Assembly (NCBI GenBank): GCA_964016885.1
Contig: OZ024750.1
Coordinates: forward strand, 1,798,001-1,862,000
Reading direction: 5' to 3'
Length of the DNA: 64,000 nucleotides
Origin: Eledone cirrhosa
Taxonomy: Eukaryota
Below the pieces are notes generated by a model. It searched no databases, was not told the DNA's origin, and was given only the letters and a program-made list of their open reading frames with translations. Shown here in pieces: positions 32,130-64,000 of this stretch. Made by a program: the position numbers and the translations under genes. Positions within the stretch are counted from its first letter, which is position 1, and every line of letters begins with the position of its first letter.

Positions 32130-34245
32130 TATCATTTTTGGTAATTAACACTAGTTCTAGGGAAATAATATATGATTTCAGATAGGATGTTTTACTAAAA
32201 ATTTAATACTTTCAGTAAATAGAAAACAATTTAAATAATAAATACTATCACAAAAATTAAGTTGTTTCATATTTCGGTTATTAAAATAAAATTAACGTAA
32301 TTTAAAAGCTATACTTACATAGCGACACTCTTCTCTACAAAGTATATATGACGAGTTAAAATAAGCGTTTACTACTAGAATGACATTTAAGTGGATTGTA
32401 CACTAGGAATGCGGTGTGTTTAAATAAGTTTACACAAAACTCTATTTCCTGTATATTTGGTAATGTTTAAAGCAAATATACATATATGGACTAGAGGACT
32501 TACATGAGTAGGCTGACCCTAAGTTTGATTTTCGATCACATTATATATTTTTTTTATAACATCGGTGATATACTATGATTTTTTAATATATACCGTAACA
32601 CCCTATGGAGTCTAGGGCCGCTTTAGTGACATACGGTGTTTCTTGGGCATTTTAAGCCTGGCGGAGCCCATCTCTTCTCCAGGCTTGAGTTCAACAGATT
32701 GCTTCTAGAGAAAGATATATAGAGGAAGAATCCACCCCAGAACTAGATTGGTACTTTTTTTATCGACCTCGAAAAGATGAAAGGCAAAGTTGACTTCGGC
32801 TGGATTTAAACCCAGAGTAGAGAACCGGAATGAATACCAGAAAACATTCTATCCGACGTTCTAACGACTTTGCCAATTCGCCGCCAACATACTATGATAA
32901 ACAGTTGCACAAAAACGGCCTATAGTCCGATAAAAAAGTTCCATCACTATATCTAGGCAGTGACTGTAGCTATACTGCTGTTTCTCTCGGCCAACTGGAC
33001 ATATAAAACTGTCCTAAAAGTGTTTAACTATACGCGCTGAGTAAGACTACGTGACGATCAGAGTAATGGATCACACAATTTAGTCTTGTTCAATTTTACA
33101 TTAGATGAGCTCAGGTCATTTTAACATGTCTTATTATACTCTGAACTAAAACTGACACTTGTAATCTTCTGTTGTATCAACTTTATTAGGATTAAAGGTG
33201 ACGTTAAGAACGATATTCCACTAATGACAGAAGAGATGCAGACTTGTCAACTCTCCCCGTCCGACATGGAGATCTCCCACCCGCTTTGGGATAGGTGCAA
33301 GATGTCTTCTCTTGTGAAAATGGGTATAGCTTTCATTATATAAAATCTCCCCATTTTGCCTCATTTCTACTTGTTTGGGGGGTACTTTTGTTCATGGTCC
33401 TTCCGGATTCAGTTGTTAGAGGTTGGCACGTCTGGAGAGGTACTTTGGTACTTGTTACTGACAAAAGGCTTTTTATATTAATACCTTTTTTACAACTATT
33501 CAAGACACTAGTGAAATGATGGTGTTCTTCTGACTAATATAGAACACAGTCTTACCTATTAAACATCAACTAATTCATTTAAAGTAATGGCAAAACTCTG
33601 TCAAATTCCACAATATGTAGCAAGTGTGGCCAGCTGGTGTAATGTAAACACTTTAAATTGATTTACTAGTTTACTTACAGAATGTATATTATTATGCAAT
33701 AATATATTAGAATGATGGTGTAATAACACTGTACGTATATTTTTAATTTTGGCTTTCTGCTTGAGGTCAAAGTTCAGATTTTGTAATTGGTGTTTAAGAC
33801 AACTTTTAGTTTCGAGGCGATATTTTAAAGGTTTAAATTTGTAAGGTTAATCTATATGTATAATTTTAATACCTCATTTAATTTTTTTCCTTCCTTTTAG
33901 TTCTCTTCTGGTGAAGGGCTTATGCCCGAAACGTCATCCCCTCCCCCCACTCTCAAGCATAAACCTAATACCACACTGTTTGTACTGCACACTTCATTAT
34001 TGGTTTTGTTTTATGTTTTTAACTTATATATATATATATAATATATAGTAGTAGTAGAAGTAGTGGTAGTAGTAATAGTAGTATGAACTATTCTATAGAA
34101 AGGAAGCTTTCACACATATATATATATGTATGTGTGTGTGTGTGAAAGCTTCCTTTCTATATATATATAGTCTAAAAGAGAATCAAGTTATCCACACTGC
34201 TATTGCTCTCCTTGTGAGAGACACGAATATCTCACAATCTAATTA

Positions 34246-34816
34246 TCTTCCTCTATAAATATGTGTGACATTATGTCTGTCATTGTAACAAAACCAAATC
34301 AATACGATAATTCTAAATTTGCAGCGAAAACATTTAAAAAAGATGTTACTTTCTTAACTAAATAAATATGACTAGCTTTCTTTTCTTATACAGATAGAAG
34401 ACCAACATAAACTAGAGTTTTAGGAGATGACTACTAAAAGTAATGCACACTAGAAACACTTAAGAAACACTTAGACTCCATCTGAATGTTTACTCGATTA
34501 CTTTGTTTCTTCATGTGTTTGAAGGTTAGGCTGAAAAAATAATAACTATTGGTTGAATCTAATACGTCTATATTAGGTTTTCACAATACTCAACGAGAAT
34601 TGAATTTATTCATGCAGATATAAGTAATTCAAATTACTATGTTGCAGCATATAGAAATGGTTATCATATTATTTTGCTGTGTTTATCAATTCGAAAATTT
34701 TACTCCCGAGATAGACAGATTTAATTCCATATATAAAAGTGTTATTAGCAAAGTTGATTCAGTCACCAAGCGTCGAAGACTTCGTCATTACAGAATGTGC
34801 TAATCCATTCCTTTTC

Positions 34817-34891
<75 letters not shown>

Positions 34892-35477
34892 TCTCTCGGA
34901 GAGTCGTGTTTCCAGTCATGTTGTTGAGGAACCTGGAACCACCACGTCTCTGCAACGGAACATGGTTAGTGGTAAGAAACCTCCTGCCGCATATTACTGA
35001 AGCCACAATTCTCACGGGCTGCGACGCTGGAGAAAACGTCTTCATACCCAGAATACTATTAACTCAATCAGGTACAGAATGCCCCTGTACTCTGCGCCGA
35101 CTTCAATTCCCCGTTAAATTTTGCTTCGCGTTGTCAATCAACAAGTCCCAAGGCCAAACGCTATCAACGGCAGGCCTCCATTTAGCCCAGCCGTGCTTCT
35201 CACACGGCCAATTATACGTCGCATGGTCAAGAGTGGGATGCAAGCAGAACTTATTCATACTTGCGCCCAAATGTGGTCTACATAGAGGTGTTGTGACTCC
35301 TCTATTCAGCACCACTGCAGTCTTGCCAGTCTGACATATAATGAGTAGATGCTATTGTTGTATATTTTCAAACTTACCCGTATTTACTTTCAATGCCTCG
35401 ATATTCATAATTGAGGGGAATCATTAAAAGTACTTTAAATCAATTAAACTCCGAGCAACGCCAGGCACTTCTGCTAG
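34246..35477 (+). mobile_element. Helitron remnant with PIF1 helicase C-terminus (34906-35334)
   Basis: VMLLRNL..LCNGT, QFPVK.CFA.SINKSQGQTL, FSHGQLYVA.SRV; GC-rich subterminal segment then CTAG|T at 35474-35478. The 5' TC end is tentative. Confidence 0.85.
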
Positions 35478-35594
<117 letters not shown>

Positions 35595-35970
35595 TGTATG
35601 TATGTATGTATGTATGTATGTATGTATGTATGTATATATAAGTTTTGATGATTTAGTGTTAAAGAGTGAATGAAAACTGATGACAAAATAAAAATATTTA
35701 TTTCTTTTAATGAGGACCCTGGATGTGTGATCCTAAACTATAGCTTATTTATCTTATATGGGAGTCCAGAACTGATGGGTGCGTCTTTAAAAGGGAGAGG
35801 TGAGAAATATTTAACCTGAGCTCAACGATGTTCTTGTAGTTTAGAATGTGAGAGATAGAAAGACATTTTTGTGTTTTGTTTTTATGTTAATATGCATCTT
35901 GTTATTTATTTTGTACATAAGTCTGTGATTTCAATTGTGTGTGTATGTGTGTCTACAGAGAGCGAGAGAA

Positions 35971-36089
<119 letters not shown>

Positions 36090-36324
36090 AAATTACTATC
36101 ATAGAGAAATCTATCTCTATCTTCACAATTATATATCATCAACGAATTAAGTACTTAGGCTGATATGTGAGTTATTTTTAGTTTTGTTTCCATCCTTAAT
36201 TGATTGCTAGGAATAATAAGACATGTGCGGATGTTTGAACAATGGGCTGGATCAAGTATATACGTACATATATTTCAATGTTTATGTATATAAACTACTC
36301 TCTCTCTTTCACACACACACGAGC

Positions 36325-36880
<556 letters not shown>

Positions 36881-37577
36881 ATATATATATATATATTATT
36901 CAAAATGTTAATAAATTCTTTGTCGTCCATTTTTAAACATAGTTCACACACAAAGATTACTAACTCTGTTGCTATAGTTTACACGTTCACCTCAAGCACA
37001 CCACACCACACCACACATAACTGTAAAGTTTCGTTATAAACAACAAAAGAAATTATAAATTCAACAAAGAACTATAAGCAGACTTAAATGAAAGGTTGTA
37101 CATCTTTGACTTTTCACAAGTCTCTCAGACATTTTTGTACGTTGTTCGGGTAGAAATATATTCGTTTTTATTCACCTGTACTGTTTATTTTCTGTTCGCA
37201 TACTTTGTTGTGCATTTTGTTGCATGTCTCCGGTGTCTAAAAAATCCTACCTGTACGAAATTGTATTTCCTGGAAGTGGCTGAATAGATGATTATATTTG
37301 TTTTTTGTTCATGTTTGTCTTTTCATGTACCTATTTGTTAAATTCATTTGGACAATGGCCTTAATCAGTTTTATAACAAACCACCTGAAACCAACCCTGC
37401 TTCTAGAAACCAAAATTAAAAACCTTGCATTTTATTTGTAATAAAACTTCGTTAAATTATGTTTCAAACACCAGCAGAAAATGAAAAAAATAATCACTCC
37501 ATCGGATCACCTGGATGAGGATGCATGGTGTATAACCCGAAACATTGTTTCATTTATTAACTATATATATATAGTTT

Positions 37578-37782
37578 ATCCCGGGTTCAATCGGGCGTAA
37601 CCACAGTAAGTAAGGTACTCAATACAAAGCAGAGTATAAATATTTAATATAGAAAAGCTTCTACAGGACTAGAACTGTTTCATTCGGGAGAAATCATCAG
37701 GAAGAAATTCGAGAGAAATACCTGATGATTTCTCCCGAATGAAACAATTCTAGTCCTGTAGAAGCCTTTCTATATTAAATAT
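37578..37782. mobile_element. Fold-back element, family A
   Basis: About 62-bp inverted arms; CTGATGA-T-TTC..GAA-T-GAAAC. Confidence 0.7.
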
Positions 37783-38365
37783 ATATATATATATACAGAG
37801 GGATATATATATATATACAGAGGGATATATATATATTTGTTGAAGGAATTTATTTCACCCGCGTGTATATTATTTTATTTTACTTTCTTGTGTTTAGCAA
37901 TTACCTCCCTTTTCCGCTTCGTGACGCTGTGAAATTCCTCTTTCTGAGACTGCTGGAATTTCAAATTTGGCGCTCATTATGTTGCATGAAGAGATGGTTA
38001 GCTGACACAAAAAATAACATCGGTAAGGAATTTTTTCTTGTATCAATGTTTTACGGGCATCCACTGATGATTTATAAGTGCCCACCTGCATGTATTCTTA
38101 CGGAAATATATGTTGGCTTTTACATAACCCGGATACATTATCCCTAATTGTAAAAAACTTATAATGAAACAATTGTTTGGAAAGTGAGATATATATTTTA
38201 ATTTTAATTGTATCTCATATAAAATAATACAGCTGGCTTTCCACAAAATACATATAGTTAGCACACCAAACATATAATTGGGATTATACTAAGGTATATC
38301 CTAAAGTTTGTTGAGTGAGATGGTTGCCAGTCAGAGTATAGCTTAAGGCTTTCTCTGTTTATGTA

Positions 38366-38427
<62 letters not shown>

Positions 38428-38449
38428 AAAGGATATATCATCATTTTTC

Positions 38450-38720
38450 ATCATTGCATTTTACGTTCGCTTTTTCTTGCTTGCAAGGGTGGGACGGGAG
38501 CTGATTCTGGCTTGATTTCTACAGCTGGATGCCCTTCCTAACACCAACCTCATTTACAGTGAGTGATGGGTGTTTTTTTTCCGTGGCACCTCCACGACCA
38601 CTTTGCAGTGGAATGATAGGGACTCCAGTCCTATCATCTCATTTCTACAGCTGACTGAGAATTGAACTTACAACCTTTCGATTGCAAGCCCAATGCTCTA
38701 ATCACTAAGCCATGTGCCTC

Positions 38721-38722
<2 letters not shown>
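38450..38722 (-). mobile_element. SINE with tRNA head and LINE-like tail; near-identical head inverted at 40620-40712
   Basis: A box tggcttagtg, B box agttcaatt; tail segment ggatgcccttcctaac. Confidence 0.6.
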
Positions 38723-38760
<38 letters not shown>

Positions 38761-38784
38761 TATATATGTATGTATATATATGTA

Positions 38785-38838
<54 letters not shown>

Positions 38839-38846
38839 CGTATGTA

Positions 38847-38916
<70 letters not shown>

Positions 38917-38943
38917 TATATACATATATATATACACATATAT

Positions 38944-40047
<1,104 letters not shown>

Positions 40048-40372
40048 AACAATGAACAGCGGAGGACACGTATCGCACCTTTCTGACAGACAACCCCCCC
40101 CCCCTCCCTCCGGGAAAAAACCCAGTTGATGGATGTGAATCCGAAATATATAGGGACAATTAAATCTCTCCCAAGGTAACTCTATCTCGTGTTATTATTT
40201 TTATTTTTATCCTTTACACTCTTTCCTACATTCTTCTACACGCTACAGTCTTCTACACGCCACGCATCTCAACGTACACCCACGTACATCTCTCTCTCCA
40301 CCACCGGATCTTGTTACCCGGAGATTTACCCATCTGCATTGTCGAGGCTTCCAAACGACTTAAAGAAATTTA

Positions 40373-40443
<71 letters not shown>

Positions 40444-40826
40444 AGTATGTATGTATGTATACGTACATACATATATGTATACAGACGCACAGTAGTATGT
40501 ATATATATACATACATGCACACATATATATATGCACGTATCGGTTTACCGAACATTTATACGGCGAACATATATATATATATATACATATACACATATAT
40601 ATATATATATATATATAAAGGCACATGGCTTAGTGGTTAGAGCATTGGGCTTGCAATCGAAAGGTTGTAAGTTCAATTCTCAGTATAAATGAGATGATAG
40701 GACTGGAGTCCCTATATATATATACACACACACATAGGGAGAGAGAGAGACAGACAGACAGACAGAATATTAATTAATTAATAATTAGGAAATTAAGATG
40801 AGATACTTTGTATTTCATTTTATTAA

Positions 40827-62599
<21,773 letters not shown>

Positions 62600-62650
62600 C
62601 TGAGTTGAAAAATTTCAACGTAGAACCTTAGTATAAGATTAGCAGAGGAT

Positions 62651-62710
<60 letters not shown>

Positions 62711-62980
62711 CATTATGAGAAACGAAAGGAGCTGTGTGGTTACTGTAAACAAAGTTTAAGACGGTAGTATGGACAAAACAAGAGAAGAAAAGAAATCCTT
62801 CATCAGCTGTAAACCTAGATCAAGTTGTTTCGGCGCTTAATACAGGACATCTAAAAGCAATCAATATAATAGTAACAGTAAATACAAAGACATATAACAA
62901 AATCCCGAGAGGACGCGGAAAGGGCTGTATATATATATATATATATATAGGTACATATATACACACGTAGAGCAAATATT

Positions 62981-63216
<236 letters not shown>

Positions 63217-63312
63217 GAGATGTCAACATGAATGGACCTGTTATTTTTATATATACATTTTTTTCCAATTCCAACCCACCCGTCGCCTCAATCTATCTTA
63301 TTTCTCATTCTT

Positions 63313-63348
63313 TCTTCTGATGAAGGACTAGCGTCCGAAACGTTAAGA
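63313..63348 (+). ncRNA. Minimal type I hammerhead ribozyme (degenerate relatives at 33905-33937 + and 5052-5083 -)
   Basis: TCTT-CTGATGA-A-GGAC(tagc)GTCC-GAA-ACGT-T-AAGA. Confidence 0.8.
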
Positions 63349-63443
63349 CCCTCTCCCTGCTATATCAAGCGTTAACCTAATATATCCCTTTTTTATACTG
63401 TACCGATTGTGTTGTTATTTCTGTTTACCTTTTACATACATAC

Positions 63444-63498
<55 letters not shown>

Positions 63499-63504
63499 GT
63501 AATG

Positions 63505-64000
<496 letters not shown>

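Noticed and set aside
34906-35334. Host PIF1 helicase gene
   Set aside because: Truncated, intronless and followed by a Helitron CTAG terminus.
37090-38150. Possible further sushi-like exons
   Set aside because: Stop codons and no consistent cysteine pattern; the gene appears to end at 40827.
62790-62850. Hammerhead on the minus strand
   Set aside because: CTGATGA and GAAAC occur in the wrong order for a type I motif and the stems are unconvincing.

Overview
AT-rich animal genomic DNA full of microsatellites. The tRNA-derived SINE families and the (TA)n/(CA)n density point to an octopus or other cephalopod; this is inferred, not verified. There are three host genes: two convergent innexin paralogues (21018-22152 +, 28745-29891 -) and a multi-exon minus-strand mosaic gene (ApeC-CUB-kringle-ShKT-like-C-type lectin-ShKT, about 40827-62599, 5' end not identified). 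The rest is SINEs, LINE remnants (RTE, CR1/L2, CRE, R4/Dong), Helitron pieces and MITEs. The most striking signal is a dense set of short elements in or next to (TA)n tracts. They form long fold-back palindromes or direct repeats and carry minimal type I hammerhead ribozyme motifs, some canonical and some with recurrent non-canonical cores. Several lie beside Penelope-like GIY-YIG remnants. All splice sites, folds and alignments were read by eye.
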